Of a stretch of DNA of 64,000 bases, positions 27,141 to 36,495 are shown piece by piece (position 1 is the first letter of the stretch; every line of letters starts with the position of its first letter). A program made the position numbers and the translations under genes. The notes below the pieces were generated by a model that was not told where the DNA came from, did no database searches, and saw nothing but the letters and a program-made list of their open reading frames with translations. Source of the DNA: Prevotella sp. UBA2725 (GTDB lineage: Bacteria > Bacteroidota > Bacteroidia > Bacteroidales > Bacteroidaceae). The stretch covers positions 17,001-81,000 of the forward strand of contig DEKJ01000003.1 in the NCBI GenBank assembly GCA_002353825.1, read 5' to 3'.

Positions 27141-29294
27141 TTATTCTGCACCGATCTCCTTGAGCAGGCGGTCGGCGTGTCCCCACTTATCTATCATGTA
27201 GACGACATAACGGATGTCGACGCCGATGCAACGCGCCAGGCGCGTGTCGAAATTGATGTCGGACGAGAGGCTGTCCCAGTTTCCGTCGAAGGCCAAGCCA
27301 ATGAGCTGTCCCTTGCCGTCGAAGATCGGTGAACCACTGTTGCCACCCGTGATATCGTTGTTTGTCAGGAAGCAGAGGTTCAGTGTGTGGCTCACAGAAT
27401 CGGTGTAGCGGCCGAAATCAGCGGCTGACATGAGCTGATGCATGATAGGCTCAGCCTGATAGTCGATGACGCCCTTGTCGCCTTGCTGCATCTTTTCCAC
27501 GATGCTCTTGTCCGTGGTATAGTAAGCCTTGTTGTTGCCGCGTGCAAGCGGTGTCACCTGACCATAGGAGAGACGCATCGTGAAGTTGGCGTCGGAGTAG
27601 TGAGGCTTGTCCATCTCCATCTGCACCTTGTTGGCGCAGAGATAGCGCTCCTGGAGGTCAATACTGTCGTTGAGTGTCATAGCTCCCTTCTTTCCGTATC
27701 CAGCAGCCTTGTTGATCTTGTCGAAGACGGCGCTGATAGACTTGGCATAAGCCACGCCCGGGTCTTGACAGTACTGCTTCGTGTTGAGGTAGATCTTACC
27801 CGGCTTGAGCAGCATGGACGTCTTGAAGAGCCAGTCCACATATTTATTATAGTTGCCTTTAAACTTTTTGTCGATTGTGTTGTATACGGCTGTAGGCAGA
27901 AAGTCGGCATCGGCGTGTGTGCGATAGTTCTTCAGCAGGGCAGCGAGCATGTCGGCATCCGTAGCAGCGTCCCACTGGTCGCTATTGTTTTCAAACTGAT
28001 AGTAGGAGCCTTTCTTATCTTTCTTACCTTTGAGTGGTCTCTGCTCGTCTACGAGTCGGAGGGCACGCGTATTGAACTCAATGTTGCTGCGGCGGCTGAA
28101 GGTCTCTGACCACTGTGTGAGGGCCTTTGCAAGGCGACTGGCGCGTGTATAGAGCTTGGCGAGAAGCGGGAAGTCGACTTTATGCTCGACATACTTGGCC
28201 GTGTCCTGCCACTGCGCTATCTGCGCTTCGTAGGCGCGTTTTTGGTTCACGAGTCCGATGGAATCGATACATTTATTCATGCCGATCGAGTTTTTCCAGT
28301 AGTTGGAGCTCTGGGCGAACTTTGAATCGTATTTGATGCGTACAGCCTCGCTGGCTCGCATGTGGCGGAGCATCACCTCTTGCTTGACGCCACGGATCTG
28401 CTGGCGCGGGTCGTTGGAACAGTCGCGCATCATCTGGATGCCGTAGCTGGAGAGGTAGCGCTCGGTGCTGCCTGGGTAGCCGACGGTCATGGCGAAGGAG
28501 CCGTCATGGTAGCCGTCAAGGCTCACCTTGGCCCACGATTTAGGATGATAAGGTACGTTATCCTTAGAGTAAGGTGCCGGGCCGCCAGTCTTCGGATCGC
28601 AATAGATACGGAATACGGAGAAGTCGCAGGTCTGGCGCGGCCACATCCAGTTGTCTGTCTCACCACCGAACTTACCCATCGACTTTGGAACGGTGAAGAC
28701 GAGACGCAGGTCGGTAAAGTCCTGATAAGTCGTGGCGTACCACTTGTTACCTTCATAGAACGGGTCGATGTCGACATGGAGCGTCGAGTCAATCTTCTTC
28801 ACGGAGTCGGTCATCACCTGGGCCAGAGAGTCGACGAGGTCAGCCACCTCCGTCTTTGGGAGTCGGTCGACGCCGAGGGCCTGCAGACGCGCTGTGACAT
28901 CTTGTTGGCTCTTCATGAATGAGACAAACATGTTCTCGTTGGGCAGTTCTTCCGCATAGCTCTTGGCCACGAAGCCGTTGAGCATGTAGTCGTGGTCCAC
29001 GGTACTGTGGGAACGGATCGACTCGAAACCACAGTGGTGGTTCGTGAAGACAAGGCCGTCGGGAGAGACGACGACACCGGAGCAGTAGCCGGAGAAATTT
29101 ACAACGTTGTTCTTGATGGCATTGGCATCGGTGTAAAGCGCGCTTTCAGGCAGTTGGAAGCCGTAGCTCTGCATGGTCTCGTAGACCTGCGGCGGCAGGT
29201 TGTAGAGCGTCCACATGCCTTCGTCGGCATGAACCGTGAGAGGAGCGAGGGCAAAGGCAGCGAGGCCAAGAAGAGTCTTGTTGATTCTTTTCAT
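27141..29294 (-). CDS. S46 family dipeptidyl peptidase (DPP7-like)
   Basis: ADEGMW, TNHHC, DITGGNSGSP; FDGNW (Gly, DPP7-type) rather than FDRNW. Confidence 0.93.
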   Translation of the reverse strand: MKRINKTLLGLAAFALAPLTVHADEGMWTLYNLPPQVYETMQSYGFQLPESALYTDANAIKNNVVNFSGYCSGVVVSPDGLVFTNHHCGFESIRSHSTVDHDYMLNGFVAKSYAEELPNENMFVSFMKSQQDVTARLQALGVDRLPKTEVADLVDSLAQVMTDSVKKIDSTLHVDIDPFYEGNKWYATTYQDFTDLRLVFTVPKSMGKFGGETDNWMWPRQTCDFSVFRIYCDPKTGGPAPYSKDNVPYHPKSWAKVSLDGYHDGSFAMTVGYPGSTERYLSSYGIQMMRDCSNDPRQQIRGVKQEVMLRHMRASEAVRIKYDSKFAQSSNYWKNSIGMNKCIDSIGLVNQKRAYEAQIAQWQDTAKYVEHKVDFPLLAKLYTRASRLAKALTQWSETFSRRSNIEFNTRALRLVDEQRPLKGKKDKKGSYYQFENNSDQWDAATDADMLAALLKNYRTHADADFLPTAVYNTIDKKFKGNYNKYVDWLFKTSMLLKPGKIYLNTKQYCQDPGVAYAKSISAVFDKINKAAGYGKKGAMTLNDSIDLQERYLCANKVQMEMDKPHYSDANFTMRLSYGQVTPLARGNNKAYYTTDKSIVEKMQQGDKGVIDYQAEPIMHQLMSAADFGRYTDSVSHTLNLCFLTNNDITGGNSGSPIFDGKGQLIGLAFDGNWDSLSSDINFDTRLARCIGVDIRYVVYMIDKWGHADRLLKEIGAE

Positions 29295-29332
29295 TATGCG
29301 TATTTTTTATGTGTTTATTCTGATGATTTTTA

Positions 29333-29474
29333 TTTCACACGGATCTTAAAGATTTTAAAGATGGCTACGCTGTTCGCTACGCGGTGGAAGGCGCTCACTA
29401 AGGGTGTCCCTATGAGGTATGTGTAGCCGCAAAGCGGCGTAACTATCTTTAAGATCTTTAAAATCCGTGTGAGA
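29333..29474. repeat. About 140-bp palindromic MITE/REP-like element (family A)
   Basis: Terminal inverted arms TCACACGGAT-TT-AAAGAT..; internal GCCGCAAAGCGGC hairpin; second copy at 47793-47933. Confidence 0.85.
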
Positions 29475-29518
29475 AAAATTATATCTTCTGAAAATATATA
29501 TTCAAGAGTGGAAGAATC

Positions 29519-31015
29519 TTATTTCTTTCTGAAGTATTTTCCGATGAAGGGCAGGCCGGCGAGCGGCAGGTCATGCTTCACGACATAGACGACGTAAACG
29601 ATGAGGAGGACGGTGTTGATGCCGAGAGATGCCCACATCGACAGTTTCTCATTGCTCCAGGTCATGCCCGCGAAGAGGATGAGAGCAAGCACAACATACA
29701 TGGCGATGCTCTTCAGCGGATATTTGATAGGGTAGTATTTCTGTCCGAAGAAATAGCTCAGCACCATACTCACGGTGTAGCTCACGAAGCCGGCCCAGGC
29801 GCATGCCCAGTAGCTGAAACGCGGGATGAAGATGATGTCCACGGCAATCAGTACGGCAGCACCAATACCGGAGAAGTATGCACCCCAAATAGTCTTGTCG
29901 ATGAGCTTATACCAGAAGCTGAGGTTGAAGAATACGCCGAACATGATCTCAGCAGCCATGACGATAGGCACAATCTCCAGGCCCTCCCAGTAGCTGCGGC
30001 CAACGATGTAACGGATGAGATCCATGTAACTGATGACACAGAGAAAGGCGAGGAGCGTAAAGATGATATAGTATTTCATCACCTTGGCGTAAGTCTCCTT
30101 ACTGTTCTTCTCCTTCGACTGTCCGAAGACGAACGGCTCGTAGGCGTAGCGGAACGCCTGGGTAATCATGACCATGATCATGGCTATCTTAATGCAGGCA
30201 CCGTAGATACCGAGCTGTACACGGGCCTCTTCCGGTGTGCCGTTGAAGACGTAAGGGAAGATGATCTGTGAGGCGCACTGGTTGAGCTGACCGGCAAGTC
30301 CCATGACGAGAAGTGGCCAGGTATAGGAGAGCATGCGCTTGCATGTTGCCTTGTCGAAAGGATTAGCGAAGCCTTTCAGCTCCTTGCCGAGGAGGAGGAG
30401 CGTGAGGATGGAGCCGGAGAGCTCAATCCAGAAGATCCACACTACCTGAAGGTCGAAGTTGGCATCGTAGATACCGAAGAGGTTGCAGTGCATTGCGGGG
30501 AGCACGATGAGGTAGAGACTCACGCCGACGAGGTTGACGACGATGCTCACCATCTTCAGCAATGCAAACTTCAACGCTTTATGCGCATAACGCAGATAGG
30601 CAAAGGGGATAGCAGTGAAGGCGTCGACGGCGACACATGTACCCATGATCATGATGAACTCAGGATGGTCGGGATAGCCGATGGCCCGTGCGATGGGGTG
30701 GAGGAAGACCCAGAGAAGGAGCACGAAGACAAGCGATGTCGTAGCCACCATGCGCAAGGTGGTGGCATACACTTTCTTCGGGTCCTCGCCCGGTCGGTTC
30801 ATGAAGCGGAAGAATGTCGTCTCCATGCCGTAGGTGAGGATGATAATGAGCAGGGCGATGTAGGCATAGATATTCGTGATGATGCCATACTGTCCGCCGG
30901 CGGCATTGAACTTCGCTGTCTCGATAGGGACAAGGAGATAGCCGATGAAACGCGCCGCAATGGAGCTCAGTCCGTAGATTGCGGTTTCCTTAAGAAGAGA
31001 TTTTAAGTTTGCCAT
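29519..31015 (-). CDS. Polysaccharide biosynthesis flippase-like protein (Wzx/MATE-like)
   Basis: KETAIYGLSSI, TYGMETTFFRF, about 12-14 TM segments. Confidence 0.88.
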   Translation of the reverse strand: MANLKSLLKETAIYGLSSIAARFIGYLLVPIETAKFNAAGGQYGIITNIYAYIALLIIILTYGMETTFFRFMNRPGEDPKKVYATTLRMVATTSLVFVLLLWVFLHPIARAIGYPDHPEFIMIMGTCVAVDAFTAIPFAYLRYAHKALKFALLKMVSIVVNLVGVSLYLIVLPAMHCNLFGIYDANFDLQVVWIFWIELSGSILTLLLLGKELKGFANPFDKATCKRMLSYTWPLLVMGLAGQLNQCASQIIFPYVFNGTPEEARVQLGIYGACIKIAMIMVMITQAFRYAYEPFVFGQSKEKNSKETYAKVMKYYIIFTLLAFLCVISYMDLIRYIVGRSYWEGLEIVPIVMAAEIMFGVFFNLSFWYKLIDKTIWGAYFSGIGAAVLIAVDIIFIPRFSYWACAWAGFVSYTVSMVLSYFFGQKYYPIKYPLKSIAMYVVLALILFAGMTWSNEKLSMWASLGINTVLLIVYVVYVVKHDLPLAGLPFIGKYFRKK

Positions 31016-31109
31016 AGAAGCCTATCCAAGCACTCCCCTCGGGCTCCCCTCGTTATCGAGGGGCAGAAATCCCTAAAGGGAGGGGTGTTGATATGTTTAT
31101 TTTGTATTA

Positions 31110-32339
31110 TTATCCGAAGAAGATGTAAGCGATGCAGATAGCCGCGATGGATCCGACAAAGTCGGAGAGCAGACCGCAGGCTACGGCATGACGTGTGTAT
31201 TTGATGTTTACGGAGCCGAAATAGACGGCCAATATATAGAATGTGGTGTCGGTGGAGCCTTGAAGGATACACGACAGCCGTCCGACGAACGAGTCGGGGC
31301 CATAGTTCTTCATGGCTTCGAGCATCATTCCGCGTGCACCACTACCCGAGAGCGGTTTCATAAAGGCTGTAGGCAGGGCGCCGACGAAGTCTGTGTTCAG
31401 GCCGCATTGTTTCACGCACCATGAGATGCCGTTGATGAGCATGTCCATGGCACCCGAGGCGCGAAACACGCCCACGGCTACGAGGATGGCGACGAGGTAT
31501 GGGATGATGCGCACGGCGGTCTGGAAACCTTCCTTGGCACCTTCGATGAAAGCGTCGTAGACATTGATCTTCTTTACGAAGCCACCGATGATGAACGCTA
31601 CGATGACCGACAGCAGGATGACGTTGCCACCAACGGAGGTCACCTTACCCATCGTATCTTTGTCCATGCTTCCGAAAGCAGCGATGACAAGGCCTACAAA
31701 CGCACAAAGCCCGCCAAGGATGGCGAGCATGGAGGGTTTGAAGATATTGGTGTGTTGGAAAAGGCAAGTGATGATGATACCAAATAAGGTTGCTACAGTT
31801 GTAGCTAAGAGGATAGGGATGAACACATCCGTGGGCTGGGCGGCTCCATAGCTCGACCGGAAGGCGAGAATGGTCGTGGGGATGATGGTCAGGCCTGAAG
31901 TGTTCAGGACGAGGAACATGATCATCGGGTTCGTCGCCGTGTCTTTCTTCGGGTTGAGCTCCTGCAGTTGTTGCATGGCTTTCAGACCTGTCGGTGTGGC
32001 GGCATTGTCGAGGCCGAGCATGTTGGAAGCTACGTTCATAAAGATGGAGCCCATGGCCGGATGGTTCTTAGGAATGTCGGGGAAGAGGCGTGAGAACACA
32101 GGGCTGAGCATGCGTGCCAGCACGTTCACTGCGCCGGCTTTCTCGCCTATCTTCATGATGCCGAGCCAGAGGGCGAGTACACCGGTCAGTCCTAAGGCTG
32201 TCTCAAAGGCTGTCTTTGAGGTGTCAAACGTAGAGTCGACTATCTTCTGAAAGATAGTGGCATCGCCCATCAGCAGTTGAACAATGGCGAAGATGAAGGA
32301 TACGACAAAGAATCCTATCCAAATGTAATTCAGTACCAT
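31110..32339 (-). CDS. Nucleoside-recognition (SpmA/SpmB fusion) membrane protein
   Basis: MVLNYIW, NMLGLDNAATPTGLKAM, KPLSGSGARG, GSTDTTFY. Confidence 0.92.
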   Translation of the reverse strand: MVLNYIWIGFFVVSFIFAIVQLLMGDATIFQKIVDSTFDTSKTAFETALGLTGVLALWLGIMKIGEKAGAVNVLARMLSPVFSRLFPDIPKNHPAMGSIFMNVASNMLGLDNAATPTGLKAMQQLQELNPKKDTATNPMIMFLVLNTSGLTIIPTTILAFRSSYGAAQPTDVFIPILLATTVATLFGIIITCLFQHTNIFKPSMLAILGGLCAFVGLVIAAFGSMDKDTMGKVTSVGGNVILLSVIVAFIIGGFVKKINVYDAFIEGAKEGFQTAVRIIPYLVAILVAVGVFRASGAMDMLINGISWCVKQCGLNTDFVGALPTAFMKPLSGSGARGMMLEAMKNYGPDSFVGRLSCILQGSTDTTFYILAVYFGSVNIKYTRHAVACGLLSDFVGSIAAICIAYIFFG

Positions 32340-32394
32340 ATTGGGTGCAAAGGTACTGAATTTATTTGAGGTAGGAAGCTGATTGGTAATATTT

Positions 32395-33798
32395 TTACTT
32401 TACCGTATAGCGCACGCCGATGTTCAGCGAGAAGCTCGTGGGGCGGTCCTTATAGACGTTGGTGACCGAACTGTGGTTGTCGAAATAATAACTCACACCT
32501 GGCTCTGCATAGACGCTCAGCGAAGGGGTGAAGTGATAAGCACCACCAAGGGCCGCCTTGGCAGAGAACTGTGGACGGCTCTCTTTGATCTTCTCGTCAT
32601 GGCTAGATGGCAGATTACTCTCCGATGAAACCGTGCCTTTTACGAGTTTCTCAATTTCTCCGCCGGCTGTGACATACACCTCTGCCTTGCGGCTCTTCAG
32701 CACACTGTAGCTTGCTGAGAGTGGGATGCCGACATAGTGTAGTTTCTGCGTCTGCTTCGGCTCGCCGTCTGCTGTGAAGTCGGAAGAGAGATAACTGTAG
32801 GTCACACCGGTGTTGACCGCCCAGCGATTCGTCAGCGCGTAGCCTACGCTCACGCCGACTTTGATCGGCTGATTATGGTGTGCCTTCATCTTTTTGCGGT
32901 CGACAGCTACAAAGCCGTTCTTGTTGGCTCCTGTCAGCATGTCGATAGATGTGATGCCGTAAGGTGCGGCATCTGACATCAGGAAACCTCTCGACATGCC
33001 ACTGCCGTTGCCAGAGCCCGAACCAATGCCGCCACAGTAGGCGGTCAAGCTGAGTGTGTTGGGTGATGGGTGATGGGTGTTGGGTGTTAATGATGTGTCA
33101 TAAGACGAATAGTCGTAAGAACGCCTTGGCTTCGTCGATGGGGTCTGCTGAGCTTTTGGGGCTGATTGCGGCTTGGAGGATACTTGTGTGTCGGGTGATG
33201 TCTGGGTGTTAGGTGTTGGGGTGTTGGGTGATGTCTGGGTGTTAGATGTTAGGGTGTTGGGTGTTAATGGTGTGTCAGATGATGCATTGTTGGAGGCAAT
33301 GTATGGAGTTGCTGAAAAAGAAGACGATACGGCTGCTTCGTTTGAAGAAGTTGCTGCGGATATCGCAGACTGCATAGCAGAACGGGGGCTGACATCTGTT
33401 TTGCGGAGGGCAGAGGATTGTCCGCCATGAATCGCCGACGAAGCTATCTCGCTGTCTTCCTTGTGCAGCATATGGATGGTGACAGGCAGCGCAATGGCTA
33501 CAACGATAGCAGCGGCAGCTGCCCAACGGTAGCTGCGAAGAGGCACGATGCGGGCTTTCTGCGATGACGCGGGCTGTGCCTTGGCTTGTGCGGCAAGCTC
33601 TCGCTTCACGGCATCGAGCAGATGGTCAGGCGCCTTCACTTCGCGCTCGGCCATCAGGCGGCGGACCTCTTTGATCCACGCTTCATCGTTGATCCGCTCG
33701 TTCATTCCGTTATCGTGTATCCAGTGGTTATTCATCTGGCTGCTTCTTATCTTATCATCGTTCGTTCTATGATTGTTCATTTGTGTTCCTCCCTTCAT
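32395..33798 (-). CDS. Putative dual-membrane-spanning anti-sigma factor with C-terminal beta-barrel (start 33798 or 33780)
   Basis: Short cytoplasmic N-terminus, TM WAAAAAIVVAIALPV, long S/T/P linker, barrel HYVGIPLSASY...IGVRYTVK; coupled to ECF sigma by TAATG overlap. Confidence 0.85.
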   Translation of the reverse strand: MKGGTQMNNHRTNDDKIRSSQMNNHWIHDNGMNERINDEAWIKEVRRLMAEREVKAPDHLLDAVKRELAAQAKAQPASSQKARIVPLRSYRWAAAAAIVVAIALPVTIHMLHKEDSEIASSAIHGGQSSALRKTDVSPRSAMQSAISAATSSNEAAVSSSFSATPYIASNNASSDTPLTPNTLTSNTQTSPNTPTPNTQTSPDTQVSSKPQSAPKAQQTPSTKPRRSYDYSSYDTSLTPNTHHPSPNTLSLTAYCGGIGSGSGNGSGMSRGFLMSDAAPYGITSIDMLTGANKNGFVAVDRKKMKAHHNQPIKVGVSVGYALTNRWAVNTGVTYSYLSSDFTADGEPKQTQKLHYVGIPLSASYSVLKSRKAEVYVTAGGEIEKLVKGTVSSESNLPSSHDEKIKESRPQFSAKAALGGAYHFTPSLSVYAEPGVSYYFDNHSSVTNVYKDRPTSFSLNIGVRYTVK

Positions 33799-34340
33799 TA
33801 ATTTTGTGTTTGTTGACTCTTTAATATTTTCGCCAGCATGTTCTTCGCGCGGTGGTATTGTGATGCGGAAGTGTCTGGCTTGATATTCAAGATCTTGGCT
33901 ATCTCCTTGTGGCTCTTGCCTTCAATGGCGTAGAGGTTGAACACCGTGCGGTAGCCGTCGGGCAGCATCAGGATGGCTGCAGCCACCCTGTCAGCGTTCA
34001 TCTCGTCAGGATCGGGTGGGTCCTCTGCTTGGTCGGGAATCTCATGGTCGTCATCTACGAAGAGCATCTTCTTTTTGTTGCGAAGAAACATCAGTGCTTC
34101 GTTGACGACGACGCGCGTGAGCCACGCCTTCAGCGAGCCACTGCCTTTGTACTGGAACTTAGAGATAGAGGTAAAAACCTTCACGAGGGCTTCCTGTAAC
34201 ACATCGCAAAGGTCATCATATTGGGGAATGTATCGGCTGCAAACACCCGTGAGATAATCGGCATAAACAGCGTACAGCACATCCATCGCACGGTTATCAC
34301 CCCGCGCGAACATCTGTAGGATATGCTGTTCGTTGTCCAT
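33798..34340 (-). CDS. ECF sigma-70 factor
   Basis: DVLQEALVKVF, LKAWLTRVVVN, LPDGYRTVFNLYAIEGKSHKEIA. Confidence 0.95.
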   Translation of the reverse strand: MDNEQHILQMFARGDNRAMDVLYAVYADYLTGVCSRYIPQYDDLCDVLQEALVKVFTSISKFQYKGSGSLKAWLTRVVVNEALMFLRNKKKMLFVDDDHEIPDQAEDPPDPDEMNADRVAAAILMLPDGYRTVFNLYAIEGKSHKEIAKILNIKPDTSASQYHRAKNMLAKILKSQQTQN

Positions 34341-34375
34341 CAATTATTTCTGTTACCTCCCTTTATAAGGTTCGC

Positions 34376-34473
34376 TCTCTTCGAGGCCGACAGTTAAGTT
34401 CGTTACTGTCATTCTCAACCCCAGGTTACGGCTGCGCCTCACCTGGGGCTAACCATATTGGCCCTCTTCGAGG
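34376..34473. repeat. Half unit of REPIN-like family B
   Basis: CTCTTCGAGG - AACCCCAGG..CCTGGGGCT - CCTCTTCGAGG, matches right half of 45336-45587. Confidence 0.8.
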
Positions 34474-34492
34474 ACCCTAATACGAAGGTTTG

Positions 34493-35179
34493 TTACTTTC
34501 TTGTTTTATACTTGAACGTCACACTCTTTTCACCCGCAAAAGAGGTCCATTTCAATGTGATGTCCTTGTATTTGCCTTCTGTGTCTGGCAGATCATTGAG
34601 GCGGAAAGCGATGAGGCCGTCACCGACGCGTCCCTGGATATCATTGTTGGCGTCGTGATAGAGCGTCACTGTGTTGTCACCTGTGCGTACGAGGCGCAGT
34701 GTGTGCGTAGCTGCTCCGCCGAAATACGTGCGGAAGCGGAGGGTGAGGTAGCCGTCCTCGCAGACTGTTGTCCAGTCGTTGACAATCTCCAACGGGTCGT
34801 TGCCGTAGACCTTATCCATGTTGTCTACAGCCGGTGACATCATCTTCGTGCGGATGCTGTCGAGGCGGTCGACATATACGCAAGGATAGTTCTTGTCAGC
34901 ATTCTCACCGGTATAGCGGATGATGGCGAGGGCACGCACCTCTTTGTTGCCATATGGCGACTGCTTCATGCCGGTAGGCAAGAGCTTCACGGAATCGTTG
35001 AGCTGCAAGTAGCACAAGCCCGTAGAGCCGGTCTTCACCGTTACGATGGCATTGGCACCCAGGAATGGGTCTATTCCATAGTGGTTGTCATCATCATCGT
35101 CGTCACACGACTGTAAGCTGCACGCTCCTGCTACAAGCAAGAGGGCAAGGCCTAGAAATCTAAATAATTTGTTCTTCAT
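34493..35179 (-). CDS. NigD-like lipoprotein
   Basis: Lipobox LQSC followed by acidic DDDDDD; NAIVTVK, DPLEIVNDWTTVCEDGYLTLRF. Confidence 0.85.
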   Translation of the reverse strand: MKNKLFRFLGLALLLVAGACSLQSCDDDDDDNHYGIDPFLGANAIVTVKTGSTGLCYLQLNDSVKLLPTGMKQSPYGNKEVRALAIIRYTGENADKNYPCVYVDRLDSIRTKMMSPAVDNMDKVYGNDPLEIVNDWTTVCEDGYLTLRFRTYFGGAATHTLRLVRTGDNTVTLYHDANNDIQGRVGDGLIAFRLNDLPDTEGKYKDITLKWTSFAGEKSVTFKYKTRK

Positions 35180-35329
35180 AGTTTTTGTCCTTTCTCTGCT
35201 TTGTAAATGCAGGGAAAGTCAAAATCTTGCACCGCATGTTTATTTTTTATTGCATAGCACTGTTTTGCAACTTAAGCGCTACCGGCTCTAAATCTTATTG
35301 TCATCGTCCCTCGGCCGCGTCACAATCAC

Positions 35330-35416
35330 GCCTCGTCCGTGACGCGTTTCTGACGCATATGTGACGCGTTTCCGACACATATGTGACGCGTTTCCGACGC
35401 ATATGTGACGCGATGC
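35330..35416. repeat. 22-bp tandem repeat x4 (gacgcatatgtgacgcgtttcc)
   Basis: Units at 35330, 35352, 35374, 35396; same family as 11231-11316. Confidence 0.9.
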
Positions 35417-35423
35417 ACTACGC

Positions 35424-35954
35424 CTAATGCAAATACTCTTTCAGCTCTTTAAAGGTGTTTGCAACCTTGATATAGTCGCTCCATTGTCCTCGGATGAAGC
35501 CACGCGTCTGCATGTCGTCGAGCATCTCGATGGTCTTATTCCAGAAGCCATTGATGTTATAGAGGATGACCATCTTTCCGTGATATCCGATGTTGTGGGA
35601 AGCCGCCACAGTGAACACCTCGTCGAGGGTACCGATGCCACCGGGCAGGGCGATGCAGGCATCTGCCTGGGTAAGCATCATCTCTTTGCGGTCGGCGAGG
35701 TTGTCGCACGGAATCTCTACATCAAGGTAGTCGGGGCGTTGCCCAGCCCTCACAAGGATCTGCGGAATGACACCAATGAGCTGTCCGCCGCTCTCATGCA
35801 CGGCCTGACCTACGCAACGCATGAGCCCACGGTCCTGACCGCCGTAGACGAGCATGTGACCGTTAGAGCCTATCCAACGACCGAGCTCTTCAGCGGCAGT
35901 GAAGTAACATTTGTCGATATTGTCGTTTGCCGAACAAAATACTGCTATCTTCAT
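35424..35954 (-). CDS. LOG family protein (TIGR00730-like)
   Basis: LVYGG..GLM, PGGIGTLDE. Confidence 0.92.
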   Translation of the reverse strand: MKIAVFCSANDNIDKCYFTAAEELGRWIGSNGHMLVYGGQDRGLMRCVGQAVHESGGQLIGVIPQILVRAGQRPDYLDVEIPCDNLADRKEMMLTQADACIALPGGIGTLDEVFTVAASHNIGYHGKMVILYNINGFWNKTIEMLDDMQTRGFIRGQWSDYIKVANTFKELKEYLH

Positions 35955-36013
35955 ATCTATTATATTATTATTTTATGTTTTTGTATTTTGAATTTTCAAT
36001 AACCGATGTACAG

Positions 36014-36294
36014 CCTCGGAGAGGCTGGATTATTAATAACCCCAGTCTAAGGAGCATAGCGACGCAGACTGGGGTTTAGGAAGGGACGGTGACTCTTGAC
36101 CTTCTGCCTCGGAGAGGCAGACTGCACGTAGTGCGCAATATATCTAATGCGCGTTAGTTAACATTGCGCGCCTAAAGACGCATTCAGCCTCTTCGAGGCA
36201 GGAACTCAGGATCACTATCGCAGTCTCACCCCCCAGACTGCAGTCGCTATCGCTCCTTTAGTCTGGGGTTATGAATGATTGTGCCTCTCCGAGG
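36014..36294. repeat. REPIN-like palindromic element family B, full copy
   Basis: Four CCTC-NNN-GAGG mini-hairpins and two CCCCAG..CTGGGG hairpins arranged as inverted halves. Confidence 0.88.
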
Positions 36295-36495
36295 CACCCT
36301 TCACCCCAGAAACGGATAAATCTTATATTTGTCCACATGCGGGTATTTGTCCACATGTGGGCGGTTCCTAATCAACCCTATCTGCCCCCGCATTGTTTAT
36401 TCTTGCAAAGATAACAATAATTATCATCTTTTTCTCGTCTAATCGCTTACTTTCCCGTAACTTTGCACATTATTTATATTATATAGCTATATTTT

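Noticed and set aside
31110-32339. Sporulation gene (SpmA/B)
   Set aside because: The family is a widespread nucleoside-recognition membrane protein, also found in non-sporulating bacteria
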